A stretch of DNA of 64,000 bases, taken from positions 640,001 to 704,000 of the forward strand of contig OY970194.1 of the NCBI GenBank assembly GCA_963708075.1, written 5' to 3'. Position numbers and translations under genes: made by a program. The notes under the pieces were generated by a model. That model worked only from the letters and a program-made list of their open reading frames with translations. It did not search any database and was not told where the DNA came from. The stretch's first letter is position 1; each line of letters begins with the position of its first letter. The stretch comes from Sedimentisphaerales bacterium. GTDB taxonomy: Bacteria > Planctomycetota > Phycisphaerae > Sedimentisphaerales > Anaerobacaceae. Shown one piece after another: positions 9,537-19,626 of this stretch.

Positions 9537-10721
9537 TCACGTTGCCGGGGTGGCGGTGTCGCCTTTTGGGCTTTCATATACGATCTGTCCGCCGACGATG
9601 GTGGCGTGTACAGAGAGGTCGTTGTCGAGCACCACGAGATCGGCGTCTTTGCCGCTCGATATGGCTCCCTTGGTGTCCGCCAGGCCTAGTATCTCTGCGG
9701 GGTTTCGGGTCGCGGTCTTGATGGCCGTCGCGAGCGGGCAGCCGGTGAAGCGGATGAGACGAGCGAGCATCTGGTTCAGGCCGACGGCTGTCCCGATCAG
9801 TGTGCCGTTCTTGTACCGGGCGGCGCCGTCCTTCGCCTCGTACTCGATGCCGTTGTAGACGTATTGGCCGTCGGGAAGTCCCATCGCCTGCATGCCGTCC
9901 GTGATCGTGATGAAACGCCGGGAAGTTAACGCGTCATACGCAAGCCGGACGACGGACGGGTGGATGTGGACGCCATCGGTGATCACCTGGCACGTGACGT
10001 CGGGCCGCTCGAAGATCGCCGCCAGTGGCCCGGGGGCGCGATGGTGCAGCGAGGGCATGGCGTTGAACAGGTGAGTGACGTGCGCGATACCCGCGTCGAA
10101 ACCCTGCATCGCCTGGTCGTATGTCGCGTTCGAATGTCCGAACGAGGGGATCGTTTTGTGGTCCGCGAGGGCCTTGATGATATCCGGGCCGCCGGGCAGC
10201 TCCGGCGCCACGGTCATCATCCTGAGGCTGCCGCCGAGCAGGGCATAAATGTCGCCCAGGGCGAGCAGCGACGGCCCCGTAATGCACGTCGGCAGGATCA
10301 TGCCCCTCTTTTCGAGGGAGATGAACGGCCCCTCCAGATGCACGCCGAGCAGGTGGGCCCCGCCGAGATCATGGCCGGTGCACTCGGCGGCCACCTCAAG
10401 ATGGCGATTGTCCTGTCCCGGCCGATACACCGTCGTGGCCAGGAAACTCGTCACGCCGAACCGTGCACACGTCCGTGAGATCGTCGTCAGGGCCTCCGGC
10501 GTGGCATCGAGCACATCCGCGCCTCCGGCACCCTGGATATGCACATCGATCAGCCCGGGCGCAAGGATGCGTCCCTGTGCATCCAGCACCTTGTCCGCCT
10601 TCATGTTCTTGGTCGCACGCCCGACACGGGCAACCTTCCCGTCGCGGATAAGGACACAAGAGTCCGCGGTGGTTTCCGTTGCGTCATAGAGTCTGCAATT
10701 CGTAATTAAGAGCGAATCCAT
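9537..10721 (-). CDS. nagA: N-acetylglucosamine-6-phosphate deacetylase
   Basis: PGLIDVHIQG, HLEGPFI, TVAPE, GHSNA, THLFNAM, DGVHIHP, ITDGM. Confidence 0.93.
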   Translation of the reverse strand: MDSLLITNCRLYDATETTADSCVLIRDGKVARVGRATKNMKADKVLDAQGRILAPGLIDVHIQGAGGADVLDATPEALTTISRTCARFGVTSFLATTVYRPGQDNRHLEVAAECTGHDLGGAHLLGVHLEGPFISLEKRGMILPTCITGPSLLALGDIYALLGGSLRMMTVAPELPGGPDIIKALADHKTIPSFGHSNATYDQAMQGFDAGIAHVTHLFNAMPSLHHRAPGPLAAIFERPDVTCQVITDGVHIHPSVVRLAYDALTSRRFITITDGMQAMGLPDGQYVYNGIEYEAKDGAARYKNGTLIGTAVGLNQMLARLIRFTGCPLATAIKTATRNPAEILGLADTKGAISSGKDADLVVLDNDLSVHATIVGGQIVYESPKGDTATPAT

Positions 10722-11150
10722 GCACTACCCATCCAATCTAAGATCAATTCCGACCCGCCGATGTGCGGGTCCATCGACCCGCGCAGGATACGCCATCTGC
10801 GCCCGGCAGGCAAGCCTGCTCTGCAATTGACTTTGTTTTTGCCAGGCACACTCCGTAGTCCCCTCCACAACTCTGTCTCCAAACAGCAGTTACTGCTCAT
10901 CCGCCCGCATGCGAATTGGCTTCGTTTTGCACGAGGGACCCTGCCTCTAATGGCTTCATGAATCCTGACATGCGGAAGACTGCCGGGGCGGTCACGACTT
11001 ACAGTCACAACAAGACTATGCGTCTGCTCAAGGCGCAGGGGGTTTTGGTTGACGATGGGAGGGGTTTGGGCTATCGTACGAGTATTACGAGGCGGCAGGG
11101 GTCTGAGAGATGGCAGATGCAGGATGGTTTGTGAAAGGGGAGGTAGTAGT

Positions 11151-12350
11151 GTGCAGAACGGGATACCCATAGTCAAGGATGTCTATTGGGTTGGTGTGAA
11201 TGACCGTCTCACACCATTATTCGAGGCTATCTGGCCCATTCCACGGGGGATTTCCTACAACTCCTATCTCATCCTCGACGAGAAAGTCGCGTTGATCGAT
11301 GCGATCAAGGACCAGTCGGCCTACGGGTATCTAAGGAAGCTCAAGCGTCTGCTCGGGCCGGGGCGGGGAATCGATTATCTCGTGGTCAATCACATCGAGC
11401 CGGACCACTCCGGCACCGTGCCCATCCTGAAGGAGGCCTTTCCGGCGATGCAGGTCGTGGGCAACCGCAAGACGGCCGAGTTCGTCAAGGACTTGTACGG
11501 GACCGGGGACACCCGGGTGGTTCAGGATGGCGAGGAGATCGATCTGGGCCGGCACAAGCTGCGATTCCTCCTGACGCCCATGGTGCACTGGCCGGAAACG
11601 ATGATGACCTTCGAGGCGGCGGACGGCATCCTGTTCTCGGGCGACGCGTTCGGTGGGTTCGGCACGCTCGAAGGCGGCATCTTTGACGACGAGGTGGACA
11701 TCCACTATTTCGAGGACGAAATCCTGCGGTACTTCTCGAACATCATTGGCAAGTACTCGCCGATGGTGCAGAAGGCCATCCAGAAGGTCGGCAGCCTGGA
11801 TATCAAGGTCGTTGCCTCCGCCCATGGTCCTATCTGGCGAAGCCAGCCCCGGCACATCATCGACTATTACGACCGTTGGAGCCGGCAGGAGACCGAGCCG
11901 GGCGTCGTCGTGGCGTTCGGCTCGATGTACGGCGCGACGGCGAGGATGGCGGAAGCGGTCGAGCGTGGCGTCGCCGATGGCGGCGTCAGAACCATCCGCG
12001 CCCACGATGTCTCGAAGAGCCACGCATCCTATATCATTCGTGACGCGTGGCGATACAAGGGCCTCGTTCTGGGCAGCCCGACGTATGACACCGGCGTGTT
12101 CCCGCTGATGGACACGTTGCTCAGGTCGCTCAGCGGCAAGCGGCTCATGAACCGCGTGGTCGGCATCTTCGGCAGCTACGGCTGGTCCGCCGGCGCGGTC
12201 AAAGGCTTGCGGGACTTCGTTGAGCAGAATAAGCTGGAGCTGGTCGAGCCAGTGGTAGAGGCCAAGTTTACCGCGACGCCGGAACAGTTGGAGCAATGTC
12301 ACGCCCTGGGCCGGGCGATGGCCGAACGCGTCCGCCGGGAGAGCCCGTGA
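11151..12350 (+). CDS. fprA: Flavodiiron protein (FprA/ROO family)
   Basis: YNSYLI, NHIEPDHSG, PMVHWPE, FSGDAFG, HG, flavodoxin SMYG.T, GSPT, FGSYGWS; GTG start after GGAGG. Confidence 0.93.
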   Translation: MQNGIPIVKDVYWVGVNDRLTPLFEAIWPIPRGISYNSYLILDEKVALIDAIKDQSAYGYLRKLKRLLGPGRGIDYLVVNHIEPDHSGTVPILKEAFPAMQVVGNRKTAEFVKDLYGTGDTRVVQDGEEIDLGRHKLRFLLTPMVHWPETMMTFEAADGILFSGDAFGGFGTLEGGIFDDEVDIHYFEDEILRYFSNIIGKYSPMVQKAIQKVGSLDIKVVASAHGPIWRSQPRHIIDYYDRWSRQETEPGVVVAFGSMYGATARMAEAVERGVADGGVRTIRAHDVSKSHASYIIRDAWRYKGLVLGSPTYDTGVFPLMDTLLRSLSGKRLMNRVVGIFGSYGWSAGAVKGLRDFVEQNKLELVEPVVEAKFTATPEQLEQCHALGRAMAERVRRESP

Positions 12351-12353
12351 CCA

Positions 12354-12388
12354 TTGATGATTGATAATTGATGATGGATGATTTATGA
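12354..12388 (+). repeat. Degenerate heptamer tandem repeat (TTGATGA/TTGATAA/TGGATGA/TTTATGA) x5
   Basis: Five consecutive 7-mers fill the fprA-argH spacer; the argH ATG lies in the last unit. Confidence 0.85.
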
Positions 12389-13773
12389 CGGATACGCAGA
12401 GAAGCTGGGAGAAACGTCTGGCCGCCAAGCCGGACGAGTTGACGGTCGATTACGTTGAATCCCTGTCCTACGACAAGCGATTGTACAAGTATGACATTGT
12501 CGGCTCCATCGCTCATGCGACGATGCTCGCGGAACAGAAGTTCATCACGCAGCCGGAGCTCAAGGCCATCAAGGATGGGCTCGTCGCAATCAGCGAGGAC
12601 ATCGAGGCGGGGCGATTCGAGTTCGACAAGTCGTGCGAGGATATTCACATGGCCATCGAGGCGGCCCTGATCAAGCGGATCGGCGAGCCGGGACAAAAGT
12701 TGCACACCGCCCGCAGCCGCAATGATCAGGTCGCCACCGACATCCGCCTGTGGCTGCGCGACGAGATCGAGACCATGCAGGCCAAGATCGTCGCCCTGCA
12801 GAATGCCTTCGTGCAACTGGCGGGCAAGCACACGGAGGACCTGATGCCCGCATATACGCACATGCAGCGGGCACAGCCCGTCGTCATCGCCGCTTACCTG
12901 CTGAGCTTCGTCGAGCAGCTCGAGCGTGACTTCATGCGGCTGCGGAACTGCCGCAGCCTCCTGAATGCCTCGCCGCTCGGCGCCGGGGCCATTGCGGGCT
13001 CGACGCTGGCCATCGACAGGGAGAGCACGAGCCGGCAGCTTGGCTTTATCGATATCGTGTACAACAGCATCGATGCCGTTAGTGACCGCGATTTCTGCGC
13101 TGAATTCATCTTCGATTGCGCCCTCATGGCGGCGCACGTGTCACGGTTCGCCGAGGACTGGATCATCTTCTCCACGAACGAGTTCGCGTTCATCCGGATC
13201 GATGATGCGTTCTGCACATCGTCGAGCATGATGCCCCAGAAGCGAAACCCGGACGTGCTGGAGCTCATGCGGGCCAAGACGGGCAGCGTGTACGGGGCAT
13301 TGATGGCTATGCTCACGATCCTCAAAGGCCAGCCTTCCGGCTACAATCGCGACCTGCAGGAGGACAAGATCCACGTCTTCTCGACCGCCGACACGATGGA
13401 GAAATCGCTCGGTATCGCCGCGGCGGTGGTCTCTCATACGACATTCAACACCGGGCAGATTGTCGCCGGCATGGATGATGGCTTCCTCGACGCCACGGCG
13501 TTGGCCGAGTACCTCGTGGGCAGGGGAGTGCCCTTCCGCAAGGCCCACGGCATTGTCGGGACCCTTGTCGCCTGCTGCGAGAAGGAGAATAAGTCGCTGG
13601 CCGAGCTATCCTTGGATCAACTCAAGGAATATTCGCCCGCCATCAACAGTGATGTGTATGACTACCTCGGCGCCCGGAACGTCGTACGGCGCTACGTTTC
13701 CGCCGGCGCGGGTGGGCCAGAGCAAGTACGGCAGCAAATCGAGTTTTGGAAGAAGCACCTGGCAAAGCAATGA
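12385..13773 (+). CDS. argH: Argininosuccinate lyase (canonical)
   Basis: EDIHMAIE, HTARSRNDQ, YTHMQRAQP, SSMMPQKRNPD, YNRDLQEDK, PFRKAHGIVG. Confidence 0.96.
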   Translation: MTDTQRSWEKRLAAKPDELTVDYVESLSYDKRLYKYDIVGSIAHATMLAEQKFITQPELKAIKDGLVAISEDIEAGRFEFDKSCEDIHMAIEAALIKRIGEPGQKLHTARSRNDQVATDIRLWLRDEIETMQAKIVALQNAFVQLAGKHTEDLMPAYTHMQRAQPVVIAAYLLSFVEQLERDFMRLRNCRSLLNASPLGAGAIAGSTLAIDRESTSRQLGFIDIVYNSIDAVSDRDFCAEFIFDCALMAAHVSRFAEDWIIFSTNEFAFIRIDDAFCTSSSMMPQKRNPDVLELMRAKTGSVYGALMAMLTILKGQPSGYNRDLQEDKIHVFSTADTMEKSLGIAAAVVSHTTFNTGQIVAGMDDGFLDATALAEYLVGRGVPFRKAHGIVGTLVACCEKENKSLAELSLDQLKEYSPAINSDVYDYLGARNVVRRYVSAGAGGPEQVRQQIEFWKKHLAKQ

Positions 13774-14699
13774 GTCCCACCGAAGATGAAATCACAGGGT
13801 GGTTCGCCCGGCAGAGGCCTCTCCCGCCTGCGATGTACCCGATTGGCATCGGCGACGACATGGCCCAAATTGCCCTCGCGCATGGGGCTTCGGTCCTCAT
13901 CACGACGGATATGCTCCTCGACGGCACGCATTTCGACCTGCGGACGGCGACGCTGCACCAGGTGGGTTACAAATCCATGGCGGCCAGTCTGAGCGACTGT
14001 GCGGCGATGGCGACGATTCCGCTGGCTGCTGTAGCGGCCGTCGGGTTGCCTCGTGACTTCAGCGAGCGGCAGTTGAAGGAATTGCACGCGGGCATCCTGT
14101 CGGCGGCTGACAAATATGATTGTCCGCTTGTGGGCGGCGACATCACGGCTTGGAAAAACGATGGGCCGTTCGCAATTTGCGTCTCCATGCTGAGCAGGCC
14201 GGGTGAAAATACTCCCGTTCGCCGCAACGGAGCCCGCGTGGGGGACGCCATCTGCGTGACCGGCTCACTGGGCGGCTCAGGCCGACGCAGGCATCTTGAA
14301 TTTGAGCCGCGGGTGCGAGAGGCCTTGAAACTGACCAGCCTGGTTACTCTGAACTCGATGATGGATCTCAGCGACGGGCTCAGCAGCGATCTGAATCGAA
14401 TCTGTCACCAGAGCGGGGTCGGGGCCCTGATCGACGCGGCCTCGGTCCCGATCTCCGACGATGCGAAATTGGAGGTCGATCCGCTGAACGCTGCGCTGAA
14501 CGAGGGGGAGGATTTCGAATTGCTCTTCACGTTGGCGCCGGCACAGTGGGGCAAGCTGCAAAGGGTGTGGGATGAACCCGTGCCGATCACGCAGGTCGGC
14601 ACGACTACGAACACCGGGCGGATGCAGATCCGGATGCCGGATGGGCAAATCAACGACCTTGAGCCGCACGGCTACGAGCATCTGCAGAGGCGGGCATAA
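13770..14699 (+). CDS. thiL: Thiamine-monophosphate kinase
   Basis: GIGDDMA, TTDMLLDGTHF, LSDCAAM, VGGDIT, VTGSLG, MDLSDGL, GEDFELLFT. Confidence 0.93.
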   Translation: MSPTEDEITGWFARQRPLPPAMYPIGIGDDMAQIALAHGASVLITTDMLLDGTHFDLRTATLHQVGYKSMAASLSDCAAMATIPLAAVAAVGLPRDFSERQLKELHAGILSAADKYDCPLVGGDITAWKNDGPFAICVSMLSRPGENTPVRRNGARVGDAICVTGSLGGSGRRRHLEFEPRVREALKLTSLVTLNSMMDLSDGLSSDLNRICHQSGVGALIDAASVPISDDAKLEVDPLNAALNEGEDFELLFTLAPAQWGKLQRVWDEPVPITQVGTTTNTGRMQIRMPDGQINDLEPHGYEHLQRRA

Positions 14700-14725
14700 G
14701 AGAACAGAATCTGGAGGCTTGAATC

Positions 14726-16423
14726 GTGGGAAAGCATGTGATGGCCGCATTCATCGTATTGGTGTGTGTCGCAATCGCGGGCGGTGCGGAGAAGCTGGAT
14801 CGCGGGCTGGTTGCACTGCCGCGCGAGGATGGCTCTGTTTTCCTGAGCTGGCGGTTGCTCAAGGACGACCCGGCGGATATCGCGTTCAAGGTTGCCCGCA
14901 TGGACGGTGAGGGCGCCGGCGCACCTCGTGTCTTTCTGACGGATGAGGAATATCGGCCGACCTGCTTTGTGGATGCGAAGCCCACCGGCAAGCCATGCAC
15001 GTATGCGATCTACGTGTGCACCGGCCAGCAGTGTTCCATCAAGCCTGATGCGATGGTTCGCGTTACGCCGTCAAGCCCCGCGAAGCCGTACCTTCGCATC
15101 CCTCTCGGCGGCGACTATGATTTTCAAAAGGTCGGGGTGGGCGACCTGAATGGCGACGGCTCACTGGAGTACCTGATCAAGCAGCCGGATTTCAACACGG
15201 ACCCGTACCAGCGGCCGGGCTACTGGAAGCCGAGCACGACGACGTACAAGATCGAGGCATACCGGCTCGACGGCACGATGATGTGGCGCTACGACATGGG
15301 CTGGTCCATCGAGGCGGGCATCTGGTATTCGCCGTGGGTGATCTACGACGTCGATGGGGACGGCAAGGCCGAGGTGTACTGCAAGGCGGGGGAGGGCGAC
15401 CCCCGTGACGAGAAGGGGCTCGTGCAGACGGGGCCCGAGTACTTAGTGAAACTGGATGGCCAGACCGGCCACGTCGTCGCCAAAACGCCGTGGCTGAGTA
15501 AGGAGGGGTTCACCGACTACAACTACTATTGCCGCAACTTTCTCGCCGTGGCGTACCTGGACGGCAAGACCCCCTCGCTGATCATGCAGCGGGGGACATA
15601 CCAGATCATCAAGACGCAGGCACTGAACAAGGACCTGAATAATATCTGGTACTGGGACTCGACGCAGGAACAGAAGAAGTATTCCGGGCAGGGCTCTCAC
15701 GGCCTGATCACGGCCGATATCGACCGCGACGGGCGCGATGAGCTGGTCATCGGCGGCGCCGTGCTCGGCGAAACAGGGCATGGGCTCTGGAGCCTGGAGA
15801 AGGGGCACCCGGATATCTGCTATGTAGCTGATATCAATCCAGAAAATCCTGGATTGGAAATCTTCTATGGTTTCGAGTCGAAGCAGAAGACGGACGGCAT
15901 TTGCGTGGTCGATGCGGCGACGGGCCGCAAGCTCTGGGCGAACAAGGAGCCGACGTCTCATCTCCACGGCCAGGGTATGGCGGGCGACATCCTCGCGGAC
16001 CACGCGGGCATGGAGGTCCTCGCGGGTGAGCGCGATTTTCCGAAACGATGGCTGTACAGCGCTTCCGGCGACCTGATTGCGTTTCTGGAGAAGGAATCGC
16101 TGACGCCTCGCCCGGTCTGGTGGGATGCAGACCCGCAAAAGGAAGTAATCACCGGCAAAGCGATTCAGGATTGGGGCGGGCAGGTCATCCAGCCGATCGA
16201 GGGACGCGTGATTGCCGTGATGGACTGCCTGGGCGACTACCGCGAGGAAGTCATCACTTGCGTGCGGGGAGAGCTGCGCATTTATTCGACTACGCTCCCT
16301 GTGCAGGATCGCCGGACTTGTCTTCTGCAGGACCACCAGTACCGCATGGGCGTCGTCGCGCAGACGATGGGCTACTATTATCCGGCCCAACTCGGCGAGC
16401 CGACGCAGAATAGGCCCCGGTGA
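14726..16423 (+). CDS. Secreted rhamnogalacturonan lyase-like protein (PL11, YesW/YesX-like)
   Basis: EKLDRGLVA..FLSWRLL..D N-terminus; Ca-binding repeats GDLNGDG, YDVDGDGKAEV, AYLDG, DIDRDGRDE, GDYREE. Confidence 0.85.
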   Translation: MGKHVMAAFIVLVCVAIAGGAEKLDRGLVALPREDGSVFLSWRLLKDDPADIAFKVARMDGEGAGAPRVFLTDEEYRPTCFVDAKPTGKPCTYAIYVCTGQQCSIKPDAMVRVTPSSPAKPYLRIPLGGDYDFQKVGVGDLNGDGSLEYLIKQPDFNTDPYQRPGYWKPSTTTYKIEAYRLDGTMMWRYDMGWSIEAGIWYSPWVIYDVDGDGKAEVYCKAGEGDPRDEKGLVQTGPEYLVKLDGQTGHVVAKTPWLSKEGFTDYNYYCRNFLAVAYLDGKTPSLIMQRGTYQIIKTQALNKDLNNIWYWDSTQEQKKYSGQGSHGLITADIDRDGRDELVIGGAVLGETGHGLWSLEKGHPDICYVADINPENPGLEIFYGFESKQKTDGICVVDAATGRKLWANKEPTSHLHGQGMAGDILADHAGMEVLAGERDFPKRWLYSASGDLIAFLEKESLTPRPVWWDADPQKEVITGKAIQDWGGQVIQPIEGRVIAVMDCLGDYREEVITCVRGELRIYSTTLPVQDRRTCLLQDHQYRMGVVAQTMGYYYPAQLGEPTQNRPR

Positions 16424-16432
16424 GATGTCGCC

Positions 16433-16882
16433 ATGGAATTGACCCTCACATCGAATTCGCCGGAACAGACCGTGGAGCTGGGCCGCAGGATCGGCAGCCA
16501 GCTCCGGGGCGGGGAGGTGTTTGCCATTTATGGCCCTCTCGGCAGCGGGAAAACGCGCCTGATCAAGGGAATCGCCACGGGGGCCGGCGCGGAAGACCTC
16601 AGAAACGTTACCAGCCCCACATTCGTGCTCGTCAACGAGTACGAAGGGCGATTCGATATCTATCATATCGATGCCTACCGCCTCGATTCCCTCGCGGAAT
16701 TCGAGATGCTCGGCTTCGACGATTTCTGCTACCCGCAATCGGTGGTCTTGATCGAATGGGCGGATAAAATCGAGCCTGCCATCTGTAATATCGACTTCAT
16801 TCGCATCGAGCTGGCCCATGCCGGCGAACATACGCGGACCATCCGCATCCGGAACCTGCCACCCTATATCCGCATGGATTAA
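16433..16882 (+). CDS. tsaE: tRNA t6A biosynthesis ATPase TsaE
   Basis: GPLGSGKT, VTSPTFVLVNEY, HIDAYRL, IEWA. Confidence 0.95.
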   Translation: MELTLTSNSPEQTVELGRRIGSQLRGGEVFAIYGPLGSGKTRLIKGIATGAGAEDLRNVTSPTFVLVNEYEGRFDIYHIDAYRLDSLAEFEMLGFDDFCYPQSVVLIEWADKIEPAICNIDFIRIELAHAGEHTRTIRIRNLPPYIRMD

Positions 16883-17313
16883 GCCTCCACAGGGTGAAAA
16901 AGCGGCGCGCATAACATCGCGTGCAGTTGCGCAAATTCATGTGCCTCGGATGGCCACGCTTCGCTCACTATGACATGTGCGGGATCCACCTGCACATTTT
17001 TTTTGTTGCGCCGTTTTGCATGTGTCATTGCGTTTCATATAGTTTGCTTGGACTGAACAGGAGCCGCAGATAACGTAGTCTGGTCTATATCCGGACTGCA
17101 AATTACAAGGCTCCAGAGTACTGCAAGAAACACAAATTGATGAAGTAGCGTCAGTGGGATTCATGTCATATTTGCGTCATTTTGGAGGACCCGCGGCTCA
17201 CGCAAAAGCAATCAAGTAGCACATCGATTCAGTCGATACTGCGAGTGGTAAAAAGTAGCTCTTTGTCCTAAACCAAATTCACGAATTCATTTCTCACACT
17301 GAGGAGAACACAA

Positions 17314-17772
17314 ATGAGAGCAAACAGAGGCTTCACACTGGTCGAAATTCTGATCGTGGTGGTCATCCTGGGCATCCTGGCCGCCATCGTCATCCCGCAG
17401 TTCACCGAGGCGAGCACCGAGGCCAAGCTGTCCTCGCTGTGCAGCGACCTGCAGACGACTCGTTCGCAGATCGAGCTGTACAAGGTACAGCACAATGACG
17501 CGGTTCCCGCACCGGAAAGCGGCGGGTTGACCTGGGACAGAATGACAAAGTTCACGAGCATTGCCGGCGTTGTCAGCGCCACGAAGGACGCGACCTACAG
17601 CTATGGTCCGTATCTGCAGAAGATCCCAGTCAATCAGTTCAATGACAAGAGCGCCATCGAGGTCGGCACCGGCACCGGCGTCGGCACGCCCGGCGCCACT
17701 TACGGCTGGTTCCTGAACACCGATACGGGTGTGTTCATGGCCAATGACTCTTCGGCCCATGCGGCACTCTAA
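17314..17772 (+). CDS. Major type IV pilin / pseudopilin
   Basis: Class III signal MRANRG|FTLVEILIVVVILGILAAIVIP; strong RBS GAGGAG; long upstream promoter region and downstream hairpin. Confidence 0.9.
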   Translation: MRANRGFTLVEILIVVVILGILAAIVIPQFTEASTEAKLSSLCSDLQTTRSQIELYKVQHNDAVPAPESGGLTWDRMTKFTSIAGVVSATKDATYSYGPYLQKIPVNQFNDKSAIEVGTGTGVGTPGATYGWFLNTDTGVFMANDSSAHAAL

Positions 17773-17857
17773 CGGATCCTACGGCATGAACGCATGCGTA
17801 TGACCTCTGAGGTGTCCATCGCATAGCGCGGCCGAAATGTATGAAAACCGACACCAG

Positions 17858-17904
17858 GGCTGACCGTGCTCCAGGCGAATCGCCAAAGGCCGGTCAGCCT
17901 TTTT
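17858..17904 (+). terminator. Hairpin plus U-tract after the major pilin gene
   Basis: GGCTGACCG (17858-66) pairs with CGGTCAGCC (17891-99), with an inner GGCG/CGCC stem, followed by TTTTT. Confidence 0.6.
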
Positions 17905-17943
17905 GCTGAATGGAAATTCCGCACAACGTAGAAAGGGTCAGAG

Positions 17944-18448
17944 ATGAAATGGGCAAGAGCCTTCACGCTGGTTGAAATCCTGATTGTGGTGGTCTTGCTT
18001 GCGATCCTGGCCGTCATCGTGCTTCCCTCTCTGAGCAAGGGCACGACGATGGCGAAAGAAAGTGCGCTGGCTTCCGAAATAGGAATGCTTCGTCGCTTCA
18101 TCCTCGTTTACGCGAGCCAGCATCTGGAGGTCGCGCCCGGGTACCCGGGCGGCAATGCGTCCGCGACGCCAGTGGGCGATACCTTCAGAGACCAGGCAAT
18201 GCTATCAAGTAATGCCTCGGGCCAGACAGCCGCCGTCGGCACGTCCGGGTTCCCCTATGGGCCTTACTTGTCTCGAATACCCGACAATCCGTTCAATGGG
18301 AAGGACACCATTGAGATGCTTGCCAATGGTCAGGCCTTTCCTGCCGCGGCCGATGATAGCCACGGGTGGATCTGCAAGCCTGAGAACCGGAGAAATCCGG
18401 CCTGATAACACGGGCAATAGCGGTGGGAAACCGTACTATGACTTCTGA
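17944..18448 (+). CDS. Pilin paralog 2 (apparent frameshift at ~18385)
   Basis: MKWARA|FTLVEILIVVVLLAILA; shares YGPYLxxIPxNxFNxK with pilin 1; removing one A in GAGAACC gives C-terminus KPETGEIRPDNTGNSGGKPYYDF*. Confidence 0.85.
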
Positions 18449-18887
18449 CGCAAACAGAACGCATAGACCCTGCCGCGGTGGTTTTACCCTGGTCGAGGCC
18501 ACTCTGGCCATGGTGGTCCTGAGCTTGGCGGCAGCCGGTGTGCTGCTGCCTTTTGCGGATGGGGCCTCCGTACAGGCCGAGGGGTTGCACAGGTCTCTCG
18601 CCGCCAGCCTGGCCAACGACCTGCTGGAACGGGTCATCAGCACGCCGTTCGATCAGGTCGCGCACGACTGGCACGGCTACACGGAGGAGCAGGGGCAGCT
18701 CAAGGACGCAAGCGGCACCACGATCACGGATCCAATCTACGCGAATTACAGCAGAGATGTATCCTGTGACTACAGGTATGTACCCCAACAGGGGGGCGTG
18801 GCAGCCCCCAACTTTGCGCTCGCCTCGGTGCGAGTGTACTATCGGGGAGAGCAAATAGCGGCCGTTCACCGGTTGATCAGCCAGTGA
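18438..18887 (+). CDS. Minor pilin (PilV/GspI-like)
   Basis: RGG|FTLVEATLAMVVLSLAAAG N-methylation motif. Confidence 0.82.
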   Translation: MTSDANRTHRPCRGGFTLVEATLAMVVLSLAAAGVLLPFADGASVQAEGLHRSLAASLANDLLERVISTPFDQVAHDWHGYTEEQGQLKDASGTTITDPIYANYSRDVSCDYRYVPQQGGVAAPNFALASVRVYYRGEQIAAVHRLISQ

Positions 18888-18982
18888 ACGGTTCGGCTCG
18901 ACCAGGGTGAGCCTTGTGTCTCACCCTGTGGATTCCGAATCCGCTTTCGACTTGCGGAACTGGATCGATGGAACCATGGTTG

Positions 18983-19609
18983 ATGAAGACGACGAGAAAC
19001 AAGAAGGCTTTCACCCTGGTCGAGCTTCTGATTACGATGGTGGTCACGGGCATCCTCCTGTCGGCCGTGGCCACCCTGGCATTCGCCATGAGCAGTGCCA
19101 GCCGCTCCAGTGACGACACCATCCTCAACGAGGCGCTACTCCGCCAGACGCGACTGCGAATCGGCGAGTTGATCCGCACCTGCAAGCTGATCTGTGCCGC
19201 TCCAGGAAACGATCTGGCCATCTGGCAGGCCGACACGAATGACGACGGCCAGATCAACGTCAGCGAGCTTGTATACATCGAGAGGGGCGCCGGCCTCAAT
19301 ACGTTGCAGTTGTGCCAGTTCTCTATAGGACAGAACGACCCTGTCGAGCTGTCTGCTTTGGCTTCGGCGGCGACGAAGGCAGACTTGGTATCGACGTATG
19401 CCGAGACCCATGTACGCTTGATTCCGACCTGCCAGAACGTACAGTTTGGTCTGGACACAGCCCCACCGCGTACGCGGCGTGTTACCGTTTCGTTCGACCT
19501 GGGCGAAGAGGGTGCCGCCCATCCGTACGACGTGAGCGTGACTCTTCGGGCCTGGGCCGGCCACCTGCTCAGCGCCGACGGGACCACGCTGGTCAGTGAC
19601 GACGATTAG
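18983..19609 (+). CDS. Minor pilin (PilW/GspJ-like)
   Basis: MKTTRNKKA|FTLVELLITMVVTGILLSAV; EF-hand-like DTNDDGQINVSE. Confidence 0.82.
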   Translation: MKTTRNKKAFTLVELLITMVVTGILLSAVATLAFAMSSASRSSDDTILNEALLRQTRLRIGELIRTCKLICAAPGNDLAIWQADTNDDGQINVSELVYIERGAGLNTLQLCQFSIGQNDPVELSALASAATKADLVSTYAETHVRLIPTCQNVQFGLDTAPPRTRRVTVSFDLGEEGAAHPYDVSVTLRAWAGHLLSADGTTLVSDDD

Positions 19610-19626
19610 GGAGCAGGACATCAGAG

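Noticed and set aside
16883..17313. c-di-GMP riboswitch or sigma-54 promoter upstream of the pilin
   Set aside because: By eye I found no convincing GEMM consensus and no correctly spaced TGGCAC-N5-TTGC. An Rfam scan would be needed.
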